A stretch of DNA of 63,381 nucleotides, filler included, from Eubacteriales bacterium (GTDB lineage: Bacteria > Bacillota > Clostridia > Oscillospirales > CAG-382), in assembly GCA_045636665.1 (NCBI GenBank). It is 4 parts of 4 records of this genome, joined end to end, with 100 filler letters (N's around TTAATTAATTAA, not from the genome) between each part and the next. Parts side by side here need not be neighbours in the genome. Positions count along the whole stretch, not along the records: positions 16,307 to 43,244 come from JAZTXY010000013.1; 3 more parts are not named here. One strand, given 5' to 3'. Shown in pieces: positions 19,328 to 28,456 of this stretch (within the stretch, counting starts at the first letter, position 1; every line of letters begins with the position of its first letter). Under the pieces are notes generated by a model that was given only the letters and a program-made list of their open reading frames with translations, had not been told where the DNA came from and did no database searches. Made by a program: the position numbers and the translations under genes.

Positions 19328-21883
19328 ATGAAAAGATTTTCAAAACTGTTGACCCTTATTCTTGCGGTTGCAATGCTTGTCACAGCGCTTTCGATACCTG
19401 TATCGGCTAAGCATACGACAATCAAAGCCGACGGTATCGATGCGATCCGTAACGGCGGCAATCTTATAATCTACACCCCGAACATGGGCGATACGACCGG
19501 CACCAACGAATGGGGCTATGAGGTCATTATCGAAGATAACGTTGCAGTTAAATACAACAAAGGCAACAGTGCCATTCCCAAAAACGGCTTTGTTCTTTCG
19601 GGACACGACGAGTCGAACGAGGGTACGCAAAAGAACATGGGCACTTGGATCAAGGAAAACGTTGCAATCGGCGATTACGTTTACTATACGTCCGACGGCG
19701 TGGTAACCGTTTCCGACCAGCCGATATCCGAAACCGTTTTTTATGATCTTACCCAAAAGATTCACGGCGTTAATACGGTTCGCGGCACTAATCAAATTGT
19801 AATCTACAACAAGCTCGGCACAAAAACCGGTACCAACACTTGGGGCTACGAGATCGTTTGTACGGGTGGTGTCGTAACCGCTATGGGCGGCAACGATAAC
19901 CAAGTTCCCAAAGAGAAGGGAAGCTTTGTTGTTTCGGGACACGGCGATGCGGTAAACTGGCTTCAATATAACGTTAAGCTCGGTATGTCGGTAAGCTATG
20001 ACGAAAGCAAAAAAACCGTAAGCTTCGCGTATGATGAAAACGCTGTTATGAGAGGTATGGAGATGCTTGTTCCCGAGCTCGAGGAAAAGTTCGAGGCGGC
20101 AAAGGCAAGATATGACCAAATCGATTACAGCGCGGTCGAAAAAGCGATAAAAGAGCTTGATTCGTACGTTTCTTCGGCAGTCAAGTCCTATAAAAACGAT
20201 AAGGACGACGTAAAGATTTCGAATGCGCGTCTTGAAGCGGAAGCAAAGGCGACCGATATCGAGTTTCTTATTTCCGAAAGCAGAACGGTTCAGTACCGCG
20301 GCGCTTGGATAAGACCTACCGAAACCTCTGTCGCAAAGGTTGAAGAAACCGTTCAAAAGCTTTACGATAACGGCATTAATATGATCTGCATCGAAACGCT
20401 TTACGATTGCACGATGATAATGCCGATGCCTGAGGGCAGTCTTTTTGAAACCAACCCCAAATTCCGCAGCTTTGACCTTTTGAAGGCATATATCGATGCG
20501 TGCCATAAGCGTGAAATGGAGCTTCACCTTTGGATGCCCATTTACTATGTGGGCGATTCGGGCTCGCAAAACCTTCGTTACTCGCTCGGTAAGAAAAAGC
20601 CCGAATGGCTTTCGGTTTCCAATACAGGCAAATATTCCTATCAGTTAAGACCCGAAATAGATGGATTGATGATGCTCGATCCTTCCAACGAGGAAGCAAG
20701 CAATTATTTGCTTAACACCTATAAATACATACTCGAAACCTATGATGTCGACGGCTTCCAGCTCGACTATATCCGTTATTACGACCGCGGTGTCGATTAC
20801 GATATGGGCTACACCAAAGAAGCTCTCGATGCTTTCGAGGAAAAATACGGTGTTCGTCCCAAGTATGACCAAAATGCAAGTTATTGGAATAATTGGGTAC
20901 AGTTCCGTTGCAATTATATAAACACCTTTGTTTCGCGCGTGAGAAAGCTTATCGACGAAACCCGCCCCGGCGTGCTTTTGGGCGCAGACGTTGTTGCCGA
21001 TCCGGGCGATAGCGTCAGCCATAACTATCAGAACTATTACAACTGGCTCGAAAACGGTTGGCTCGACGTTCTTTTCCCGATGGCATACGGCTACGGATAC
21101 GAGGATGATATTGTTGAGCAAAACGACCGTTGCGGCGATAAAGCATTTCTTGCGGTAGGTCTCGGTTCGTTTATGCCCGAGCTCGGACCTGTCGATATGC
21201 AGGTTCAGGCGTCGTATGATAATCAGGTCAACACAGACGGCTCGGTATTCTTCGAGGCATCTGCTTACCTCAAGGAGCTCACCGGCGAGTCTCTTTTGAA
21301 GGGCGTTTATCGCAATAAGGCAATAACCCCCACCTTTGACATCGAAAAGGGTGCAAAGGCGCAAATCGAATATGCAAAGAGCAGAATTAACGAAATAATT
21401 CTTCCTTTGGGCGGAGTTTCCGCCGACGAAGGAGCTAAAATCATTGCGGCGCTTGACGAATTGGCGGCAACCTGCACGGCAGATGAGTTCAGCACCGAAA
21501 AATATAACGCTGTCAAGACCGCTATCGAGGGCTCGAAGGCGAAGGATGCGGCTAAAACAAGAATGCTTACCGACCTTAAATATTCGGTAAAGAGCTACAC
21601 CGTTCTTAATAAAGAGCTTGACCTTTCCGACGTTCCGGAGCTTCCCGATGAGCCCGACTACAGCGTTGATGAAAGCACACCCGACGAAAGCACACCCAAC
21701 GAAAACGACGCGGCAAGCGCGGATGATTCGAAGGCTGATGAATCGACCGATACCGTTGAAAGCGATGTCGACACCACCGAAACCGAAGACGGCGATACCG
21801 TAATCATTATCGTTTCTGTCATTATTGTAATCGCAATCGCAGTTGTGGTAATAGTCTTGCTTAAAAAGAAGGGTAACCGATAA
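19328..21883 (+). CDS. Membrane-anchored glycosyl hydrolase-like family 10 (GHL10/DUF187) protein with two N-terminal beta-rich repeats
   Basis: Signal peptide; YRGAWIRP, ELHLWM, YDVDGFQLDYIRY, LFPMAY; acidic linker, C-terminal TM helix and basic tail. Confidence 0.85.
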   Translation: MKRFSKLLTLILAVAMLVTALSIPVSAKHTTIKADGIDAIRNGGNLIIYTPNMGDTTGTNEWGYEVIIEDNVAVKYNKGNSAIPKNGFVLSGHDESNEGTQKNMGTWIKENVAIGDYVYYTSDGVVTVSDQPISETVFYDLTQKIHGVNTVRGTNQIVIYNKLGTKTGTNTWGYEIVCTGGVVTAMGGNDNQVPKEKGSFVVSGHGDAVNWLQYNVKLGMSVSYDESKKTVSFAYDENAVMRGMEMLVPELEEKFEAAKARYDQIDYSAVEKAIKELDSYVSSAVKSYKNDKDDVKISNARLEAEAKATDIEFLISESRTVQYRGAWIRPTETSVAKVEETVQKLYDNGINMICIETLYDCTMIMPMPEGSLFETNPKFRSFDLLKAYIDACHKREMELHLWMPIYYVGDSGSQNLRYSLGKKKPEWLSVSNTGKYSYQLRPEIDGLMMLDPSNEEASNYLLNTYKYILETYDVDGFQLDYIRYYDRGVDYDMGYTKEALDAFEEKYGVRPKYDQNASYWNNWVQFRCNYINTFVSRVRKLIDETRPGVLLGADVVADPGDSVSHNYQNYYNWLENGWLDVLFPMAYGYGYEDDIVEQNDRCGDKAFLAVGLGSFMPELGPVDMQVQASYDNQVNTDGSVFFEASAYLKELTGESLLKGVYRNKAITPTFDIEKGAKAQIEYAKSRINEIILPLGGVSADEGAKIIAALDELAATCTADEFSTEKYNAVKTAIEGSKAKDAAKTRMLTDLKYSVKSYTVLNKELDLSDVPELPDEPDYSVDESTPDESTPNENDAASADDSKADESTDTVESDVDTTETEDGDTVIIIVSVIIVIAIAVVVIVLLKKKGNR

Positions 21884-21884
21884 T

Positions 21885-24008
21885 ATGTTAAAGAAAACAC
21901 TTTGCCTGTTGCTTTGTATAGCAATGACCTTGTGTTTCCCGACTTTCACAGTATCTGCAGACACATCCTACACACAGGATGTGTCTTCGGTTAACGGGAC
22001 AAGGTATACCGATTACTTGGTAGTTTACACCTCGGCATACGGAAGCAATACAAAAACGAATATCTACGGTTACGAGGTCACTGTCGAAAACGGAGTGGTT
22101 ACTTCGGTCGGCGGCAACAGCAGTAACATTCCCGTCGGAAATAACAGCTTTGTCGTTTCGGGTCACGGAACGATGAGAGATTGGCTTGTCGAAACGGTTA
22201 TTCCCGGCATGAAGGTCACCTTTAATAAAACTGCAAAAACAATAACCTTTACAAAGGATTCCTCGACAATGCTTTACGCATTGAACGTTGCGGCGGAAAA
22301 GGCGAGATCTGCAAAGCAATATGCAATCGACGCTTGTCTTGTGTATGATTCATTGGCAGATGAAAAATTGAACCTCGCCGAGGCAAAATTGAAAACTGCC
22401 GAAAATTTAAGCGAAACCGAAAAGAATAAGCTTGTTGAAGAATTTACAAATATCGCATATCTTTTCCGAGAACGCGAGGTTGCCGAATACCGCGGTGTTT
22501 GGCTTCGTCCCACCCAAAAAAATATGTCGCAGGTACGAAGCTACGTTAAGCAATGCTACGACGCGGGTATAAATATGATTTCTATCGAAACGATGTACAA
22601 CGGTACCGTGATTTATAATGTACCGAAGGGCAGTCTTTTCGAGCAGAATCCGATTTTTAACGGCTTTGACGTTTTGGCGGCATTTACCGAGGTTTGCGGC
22701 GAATACGGAATCGAGCTTCATTGCTGGATGCCCGTTTTTTACGGCTGTAACAACTCTTCCGAAAACTATTTCCGTTCTCCCGTATATAAAAAGCCCGAAT
22801 GGCGTCTTATGACGAACAACGGCTCGCCGATTTACACCTATGAAAGCTCGGGCGCCGTATTCCTTAACCCCGCAAACGATGAGGTTCAGGATTTCCTTGC
22901 CGAAAGCTTCACTTATATTCTCGAAACCTATGACATCGACGGCTTCCAGCTCGACTATATTCGCTATCGCGACCGATATGACGTTGACGATTACGGATAT
23001 GACAGCGTAACCATCGAAAAGTTCAAAAAGGAATATCCCAAATACGCTAACAGCAAAATAACCTTCGACATGCAGGCAAATTATTGGAACGATTGGGTCA
23101 ATTTCCGTGTTTCTCAGGTAACCAAATTCGTTCATCGTATGCGCGATATCGTCGATACGGTCGCGCCCGACGTTGCACTTACGGCAGACGTTGGCGTTGC
23201 TATCGAGCAATCCTATACAACGATTTATCAAGACAGTATTTCTTGGCTTGAAGACGGCTTGCTTGATATGATACACCCCATGGCTTACGGCTCGGGATAT
23301 TCGTATTTTGCAGAGCGTTATATCGAAGCCGCAGGTGAAAAATGCGCCGTTGTCCCCGGACTTGGCATTTATATGGACGAATTTGACGGTGACGATATGG
23401 TTTTCCAAGCCGACGAAATGGCGTTGGTCGGCTGTAACGGCGTCGTATATTTCCAAACCGCGCAATATTTCGGCAAGGGTGCAAACAAGGTTCTTTCCGA
23501 AACGCTTTACACGAATTCGGCTTTGGCTCCCGCTTTTGATAACGTAAAAACGCTTAAAGCAGTCCTTGACCGTTTTATCGAACGTGTAACTCTTGCGCAA
23601 AGCAAAGGCAGTATTACGAAAAACAATGCGGATAAATTGATAAAGCTCGCAAACAGCGCGATTTCAAACGGAAACAAAAATGCATTCAATGCAATCGAAA
23701 AGCTTAAGGAAATCGAAACCGAATTGAAGTCCGTAAGCAAAACCGAATTGAAAAATCGCCTTATGCTCGATATCCAAACCGCAAAATTTGCGTCCTACCG
23801 CGATGAAAAACCCTTTGCGCTCGGCGACGTAAACAGCAACGGCGAGATTGAAAAGTACGACTATATTCTCATTAAACGCGCGGTTATGAAAACGATCGAG
23901 TTAAACGGCGCGCAATCGCTTTCGGGCGACGTCAATGAAAACGGCGAAGTGGAAAAATATGATTATATTTTAATCAAACGCCACGTTATGAAGACGTTTA
24001 CAATATAA
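21885..24008 (+). CDS. Secreted GHL10/DUF187 protein with one N-terminal beta-rich repeat and a C-terminal dockerin
   Basis: YRGVWLRP, ELHCWM, YDIDGFQLDYIRY, IHPMAY; duplicated GDVNxNGExEKYDYILIKR dockerin repeats. Confidence 0.85.
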   Translation: MLKKTLCLLLCIAMTLCFPTFTVSADTSYTQDVSSVNGTRYTDYLVVYTSAYGSNTKTNIYGYEVTVENGVVTSVGGNSSNIPVGNNSFVVSGHGTMRDWLVETVIPGMKVTFNKTAKTITFTKDSSTMLYALNVAAEKARSAKQYAIDACLVYDSLADEKLNLAEAKLKTAENLSETEKNKLVEEFTNIAYLFREREVAEYRGVWLRPTQKNMSQVRSYVKQCYDAGINMISIETMYNGTVIYNVPKGSLFEQNPIFNGFDVLAAFTEVCGEYGIELHCWMPVFYGCNNSSENYFRSPVYKKPEWRLMTNNGSPIYTYESSGAVFLNPANDEVQDFLAESFTYILETYDIDGFQLDYIRYRDRYDVDDYGYDSVTIEKFKKEYPKYANSKITFDMQANYWNDWVNFRVSQVTKFVHRMRDIVDTVAPDVALTADVGVAIEQSYTTIYQDSISWLEDGLLDMIHPMAYGSGYSYFAERYIEAAGEKCAVVPGLGIYMDEFDGDDMVFQADEMALVGCNGVVYFQTAQYFGKGANKVLSETLYTNSALAPAFDNVKTLKAVLDRFIERVTLAQSKGSITKNNADKLIKLANSAISNGNKNAFNAIEKLKEIETELKSVSKTELKNRLMLDIQTAKFASYRDEKPFALGDVNSNGEIEKYDYILIKRAVMKTIELNGAQSLSGDVNENGEVEKYDYILIKRHVMKTFTI

Positions 24009-24009
24009 C

Positions 24010-24042
24010 AAAAAATCCTCGGAATGATCCGAGGATTTTTTT
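24010..24042. terminator. Bidirectional terminator
   Basis: AAAAAATCCTCGGA-ATGA-TCCGAGGATTTTTT between convergent genes. Confidence 0.85.
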
Positions 24043-24045
24043 ATG

Positions 24046-24888
24046 CTATTTTGCAGGTGTAAACGAATTAAGAATTATCATAACGTCATCCCAATCGCCC
24101 GTGGGGAGCACAAGCGTATACATTACTCCGTTGAGCTTTGTATAGACGGTGTAATTGGTTATATCGGAGCTGTTTCTTGACAGAGTATATACAAACGATA
24201 AACCGATGCCGTCGGTGGTTGCGGTTTCAAAGCAATATCCCATGGGCATATAGCTTCCTTCGGCACTTGAAGCGGTAATGCTCCATATCTTGCCGTTGCC
24301 GTCCTTTAGCTTGTAAATAAAGTGCGATTTTTCGTTATGACCGACGGTTACCGAAAACGGCTTTACTCCTTCGGGCAGATAAGAGGGATAGTGATATTCG
24401 GACAGCTCGTTTTCGAAAAGCGTTTTTGTAGTTTCATAAGCTTTTATCGGTTCATCGGGGGATTCGAAAAATATCGTTTCCATTGGCTTGGCGGCACTTT
24501 CTTCTTCATAAAATATCGTTTTGATGTGCTCAACAAAATCCGCGCCGAACGCCGAAGCAGTAACAAGCGAAAAAACAACGAAACTGAAAATCGCAACTGT
24601 TGCCGCAAGAATACGCCGTATAATGCGTGTGCAAAACACTTTTTTGTTCAGAAGAAGCAGGCGGTTTAATTTTTCATACCCCTTTTTAACGGCATCTTCA
24701 TATTTTGATTGGTCAGAAACGTTTGGCGGGCTTGCCAAAAAGCGCAAAAGCTTGTCGTCTATGGCGTTGCCTTTTTCCAATTCGTCGCACATATAGTGAA
24801 AAAGCTTATTTTTTTCATTGTCGGTCAACGAATCAAGCGACGTTTTTCCGTTAAGCACCGACTTGTACAGCAAGGAAATATCATTCAT
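24046..24888 (-). CDS. Putative membrane anti-sigma factor with extracellular domain (DUF4367-like)
   Basis: 19 bp downstream of an ECF sigma; about 90-aa cytoplasmic N-terminus, one TM helix, YPSYLPEG motif. Confidence 0.65.
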   Translation of the reverse strand: MNDISLLYKSVLNGKTSLDSLTDNEKNKLFHYMCDELEKGNAIDDKLLRFLASPPNVSDQSKYEDAVKKGYEKLNRLLLLNKKVFCTRIIRRILAATVAIFSFVVFSLVTASAFGADFVEHIKTIFYEEESAAKPMETIFFESPDEPIKAYETTKTLFENELSEYHYPSYLPEGVKPFSVTVGHNEKSHFIYKLKDGNGKIWSITASSAEGSYMPMGYCFETATTDGIGLSFVYTLSRNSSDITNYTVYTKLNGVMYTLVLPTGDWDDVMIILNSFTPAK

Positions 24889-24907
24889 AAATATGCACGC
24901 TTCCTTT

Positions 24908-25468
24908 CTAAAAATTTCCCGAATAAAGCATATCGCTTATCTTTTTTCTTATGTAATACAGCGTAAAACGAATAGCATCCTCGGATTTGTTAAGCTTTTT
25001 TGCAATTTCGCCGTTGCTCATTTTGTTCTCGACGCTCATTCGAAGTATGGTTCGCTCATTCTCGTTGAGCATACCGATAAGCTTTTCCTTTAAGCCCTCT
25101 TTTTTCCATTGGCAAAAAAGAATATCGTCAATAATGCATTCTTCGGTATCAAACGGATAGGATATATCGTCGTTTAGGGGAACTTGACGTTTGGAATCGC
25201 AAGCGACGCTGCGTATATGCTTTAAACAAATGTATTTAGCCGTTTTTAAAAGCCACGCTTTTGGATTTTCATGCCCGATAACCTTATCGATGCTTAAGCA
25301 TAGTGTAAGAAACAGGTTGCCCAAACAGTCATCGGCGGCGGAAGGGTCAATATTACGAAGCAATTCGTAAATCCGTTTTGCGAGCACGTCGTAATTTTCG
25401 CAGAAAAGCGTTTCGGCAAATTTTTTCTGCGTCGGATCAAGCGGCTTGTCATTTTCGCTTTTCTGCAT
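24908..25468 (-). CDS. ECF-family RNA polymerase sigma factor
   Basis: Region 2 (ADDCLGNLFL...NPKAWLLKTAKY) and region 4 (MSNGEIAKKLNKSEDAIRFTLYYIRKK). Confidence 0.9.
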   Translation of the reverse strand: MQKSENDKPLDPTQKKFAETLFCENYDVLAKRIYELLRNIDPSAADDCLGNLFLTLCLSIDKVIGHENPKAWLLKTAKYICLKHIRSVACDSKRQVPLNDDISYPFDTEECIIDDILFCQWKKEGLKEKLIGMLNENERTILRMSVENKMSNGEIAKKLNKSEDAIRFTLYYIRKKISDMLYSGNF

Positions 25469-25489
25469 ATTACACCCCTCCTTATTAAA

Positions 25490-25520
25490 TAAATACCTTT
25501 TATAAAAGTTTTGAAGAAAA
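25490..25520 (-). promoter_or_regulatory. Candidate ECF-sigma promoter facing the sigma gene
   Basis: TTTTCTTCAAA-N12-GGTATTTA on the minus strand; same motif on the plus strand at 25551-25581. Confidence 0.6.
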
Positions 25521-25550
25521 ATATTTTGAATCTGTTAAATTTAATATTTA

Positions 25551-25581
25551 TTTTCTTCAAATCAAAACAAATGGGTATTTA
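25551..25581 (+). promoter_or_regulatory. Candidate ECF-sigma promoter facing the secreted-protein gene
   Basis: TTTTCTTCAAA-N12-GGTATTTA, mirror image of 25490-25520. Confidence 0.6.
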
Positions 25582-25630
25582 CCTTATGAAGACGAAGGTT
25601 TTCGCAAAAAATAAAAAAGGAGAATCATTT

Positions 25631-26539
25631 ATGAAACACACGAAAATTTGGCTTGCCTTTGCGTTGGCGCTTTTGATTTCGTTATCGTTTACCGCCGCTT
25701 TTGCCGCGTTGGCAGAGGAAGACGGCAATGCTGCGGTTGAGCCTCAAGCATCCGAAGCTGTATCCGTTGAAGCAGAAGCTGCGGATGATGAACAAGTGAA
25801 CGCCGAAGCAGAGCAAACACCCGAAACGAGCGACGTGGGCATCGAAGCCGACGAGGACATTTCCGTAAACGTCGAAAGCAAGCTTTTCGGCGAGGAAAGA
25901 GTTTTGCTTGTGACCGCTAACAATAATAACGATTCAGTTAATTACAGCATCGTTATAACCGTTACTTATTACGGTGCAAACGGCGAAACACTTAAAACCG
26001 AGGTGAAGAGCTTCGAGCAGTTGAGAAACGGATACGACAAGAATTTTGTTTTCCGTCCCGGCTTTGATTTCGTAGATTATCTTATCGACATCGAAAAGAC
26101 GGTTTACGATGGTGATTGCTGGAAAACTAAGGTAGATGCCGAGTTCGGTTATACCTACGTTTGGGTATACGGTGACGGCAGAGATACCAGAGTTCGTCAG
26201 CACGTTTTGGTTACCTCTCACAGCGAAGAATCGCTTGTAGTTGACGATTTCGTTGTAGTTGTATTCGACGAAAACGGCGAGATATTCGATATCTATTACC
26301 GCGCAGGCTGTTGGATAAATCCTCTCGACGTGCAATATAAGCACTTTGAAAGAGAAATGACCGTTCCCGATTCTATGGTATCCTTCGAGGGCTATGACGT
26401 AAAAGTCAAGCTCGGCGGAGCGTTTATCGAATACGATATAATCGCTCCCGAGGAAACCCCTGATTACGATTATCTTATCAGCAACGGCTATATCGACCCT
26501 GTAACGGGCGCATATCGCAACCCCAAAGACGCTGAATAA
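25631..26539 (+). CDS. Secreted acidic hypothetical protein with two beta-rich (possibly Ig-like) segments
   Basis: ATG at 25631 after AAGGAG; signal peptide; Glu/Ala-rich linker; VTYYGANGETL and VVFDENGEIF segments. Confidence 0.7.
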   Translation: MKHTKIWLAFALALLISLSFTAAFAALAEEDGNAAVEPQASEAVSVEAEAADDEQVNAEAEQTPETSDVGIEADEDISVNVESKLFGEERVLLVTANNNNDSVNYSIVITVTYYGANGETLKTEVKSFEQLRNGYDKNFVFRPGFDFVDYLIDIEKTVYDGDCWKTKVDAEFGYTYVWVYGDGRDTRVRQHVLVTSHSEESLVVDDFVVVVFDENGEIFDIYYRAGCWINPLDVQYKHFEREMTVPDSMVSFEGYDVKVKLGGAFIEYDIIAPEETPDYDYLISNGYIDPVTGAYRNPKDAE

Positions 26540-26567
26540 AAAACACACTCATACTTTCTGTAATAAA

Positions 26568-26597
26568 AAAGGAGCAGTCTGTTCAGACTGCTCCTTT
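26568..26597 (+). terminator. Terminator-like hairpin, copy 1 of a direct repeat
   Basis: AAAGGAGCAGTCTG-TT-CAGACTGCTCCTTT. Confidence 0.7.
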
Positions 26598-26835
26598 CAG
26601 CTTGCAGACAAAGTCTGCAAGCTGAAGCAGACTGAGAGAAATGAGGCTGTTTTTAACGAAAAGCGAGCGTAGACTTACAAAGGTAAGGTAGTCGAGCTTT
26701 TCGTTAAAATCCTTGAAAATACAATAAAAATTTAAAATTCCTTATAAAAAAAGAGCTCTTCCGAAAGCAAAAGAAAGAACTCTTTTTGTTGTTTTTCCTT
26801 TCAAGGGTGTAAACAGACCATTTGTCTTCGGTCTG
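26598..26835. mobile_element. Non-autonomous MITE-like element (238 bp) flanked by a duplicated terminator hairpin
   Basis: Imperfect terminal IRs CAGCTTGCAGACAAA / TTTGTCTTCGGTCTG (11/15 match), several internal hairpins, 30/31-bp flanking direct repeat, no transposase. Confidence 0.55.
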
Positions 26836-26866
26836 AAAGGAGCAGTCTGTTTCGGACTGCTCCTTT
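26836..26866 (+). repeat. Copy 2 of the terminator-like hairpin
   Basis: AAAGGAGCAGTCTGTTTCGGACTGCTCCTTT; one indel and one substitution versus 26568-26597. Confidence 0.85.
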
Positions 26867-26895
26867 TCATATTTCGGACGGGCTGTGCATAGAAT
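26867..26895 (+). promoter_or_regulatory. Sigma-E (mother-cell) promoter for spoVB-spoIIIA
   Basis: TCATATTT-N13-CATAGAAT, matching the Firmicutes sigma-E consensus. Confidence 0.7.
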
Positions 26896-26911
26896 CAAAA
26901 CAAAAACGGAG

Positions 26912-28456
26912 ATGGTTGTAATAAAAAACAGGGCGGGTGTTTTAATAAAGGGCGCGGCGGCAATGACCGTCTTTTCGCTTATTGCAAAGCTTTTGGGCGT
27001 GTTTTTGCGGTTGTTTCTTTCGTCGCGCATCGGCAGTGAGGGTATGGGTCTGTACCAGCTTGTAATGAGCGTCTACGTTATGTTTTCGACCTTTGCAACG
27101 GGCGGATTTACGCTTTCGGTGTCGCGGCTTGTTGCCGAAAAGGACCAAAGAAGCGAAAACGATGCAAAGCTTCTTATGAAAAACAGCATTCTCGCTTCCG
27201 CGGTGATAAGCGCCGTTGCGACCGCATTGATGCTTTTCGGCGCCGATTTTATTGCAAAAACCTTTTTAAGCGACGAGCGTTGCGCCGCACCGCTTCGTAT
27301 CCTTGCGTTGAGTATGCCGTTTATGGCATTTTCGGGTTGCTTAAAGGGTTGGTTTATCGCCAAACAGCGAGTCGGAATAAGAAGCTCGTCAACGCTTTTC
27401 GAGCAGGTGATAAAATTCGCGGTCATTGCGCTTTTCTTAAACGTGGTAATGGCAGGCACAAGCGACATCGGTTCGCTTTGTACGGGCATCGTTATCGGCG
27501 TTACTCTTTCCGAAATTGCCTCTTTTGCCTATCTTTTGCTTTTTTACTTTTTTCCGCGCGGCAAACGCTCGGTCAAAGGTACGCCCACCGAAACCAAACG
27601 CGACAGTATGCGTTCGCTAATGTCGGTGACCGTACCGATATCGCTTTCGGTTTATCTTACAAGCATTTTGCACACCGCCGAAACACTGCTTATCCCATAC
27701 GTTTTTGAAAGCTATTCGGGTGACCGAGGTGACGCGCTTTCGCGGTTTGGAATAATCCGAGGAATGGTCATTCCGATTCTGTTTTTCCCCTTTGCGTTTT
27801 TATCAAGCTTGGTGGCGGTTTTCACTCCCGAAATAAGCCGTCTTAATATGTTGTCCGACCGCAAGCCGTTAAACGCGCGAATATCTTCGTTAATGTCGTT
27901 TGTTTCGATTCTTTCGGTTGCTGTAGGCGGACTCTTTTTCTTCCTGCCCAATGAGCTTGGCGAGGCATTTTATCCGAACGAAAACACCCAATACGCAATA
28001 AGAATACTTTCGCTCGTAACGCCTTTTATGTACGTTGAAACCGTTTGCGACGGGCTTTTAAAGGCAATCGGCGAGCAGGTGCAAACGCTTAAATACCAGC
28101 TTTTAAATTCGGCATTGCGAGTTGCTCTTATAATTTTACTCGTTTCGCGTACGGGCGATAAGGGATATTTGATTTTGCTCGTCGCATCAAACACGTTTAC
28201 CTATTTCCTCTGCCGAAGACGGCTTTACAAGGCAACGGGTGTCGCGCCGAGGGTGGTGTCCGACGTGATTTTCCCCTTAATTTGCGCTTTGGCAGGCGGT
28301 TTTTCGGCAAGGTTTGTGCTCAACCTTCTTGCGTTCGAATCGAAAACGGCATCCGCATCGGCAGGAACCGCGGTTTACATCGGTATTTTTGCGCTGTGCT
28401 TAATGCTTTTCGCGTTTGAGCGTATCAAAAATACATATCACAGGTTACGCGGATGA
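26912..28456 (+). CDS. spoVB: SpoVB-like MOP-family flippase
   Basis: RIGSEGMGLYQLV, LFEQVIK, GMVIPILFFP; many TM helices; sporulation context. Confidence 0.8.
   Translation: MVVIKNRAGVLIKGAAAMTVFSLIAKLLGVFLRLFLSSRIGSEGMGLYQLVMSVYVMFSTFATGGFTLSVSRLVAEKDQRSENDAKLLMKNSILASAVISAVATALMLFGADFIAKTFLSDERCAAPLRILALSMPFMAFSGCLKGWFIAKQRVGIRSSSTLFEQVIKFAVIALFLNVVMAGTSDIGSLCTGIVIGVTLSEIASFAYLLLFYFFPRGKRSVKGTPTETKRDSMRSLMSVTVPISLSVYLTSILHTAETLLIPYVFESYSGDRGDALSRFGIIRGMVIPILFFPFAFLSSLVAVFTPEISRLNMLSDRKPLNARISSLMSFVSILSVAVGGLFFFLPNELGEAFYPNENTQYAIRILSLVTPFMYVETVCDGLLKAIGEQVQTLKYQLLNSALRVALIILLVSRTGDKGYLILLVASNTFTYFLCRRRLYKATGVAPRVVSDVIFPLICALAGGFSARFVLNLLAFESKTASASAGTAVYIGIFALCLMLFAFERIKNTYHRLRG

Noticed and set aside
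11603..24008. One contiguous glycan-utilisation locus from the epimerase to the GHL10 genes
   Set aside because: Interrupted by rpsB and an artificial linker, so physical linkage is unsupported; only the shared module is reported.
26568..26866. Mini CRISPR array
   Set aside because: Only two repeat copies, 238 bp apart, and no cas genes.
26704..27030. 108-aa minus-strand ORF across the MITE-like region as a transposase remnant
   Set aside because: No DDE or HUH motifs, and it overlaps spoVB antisense.
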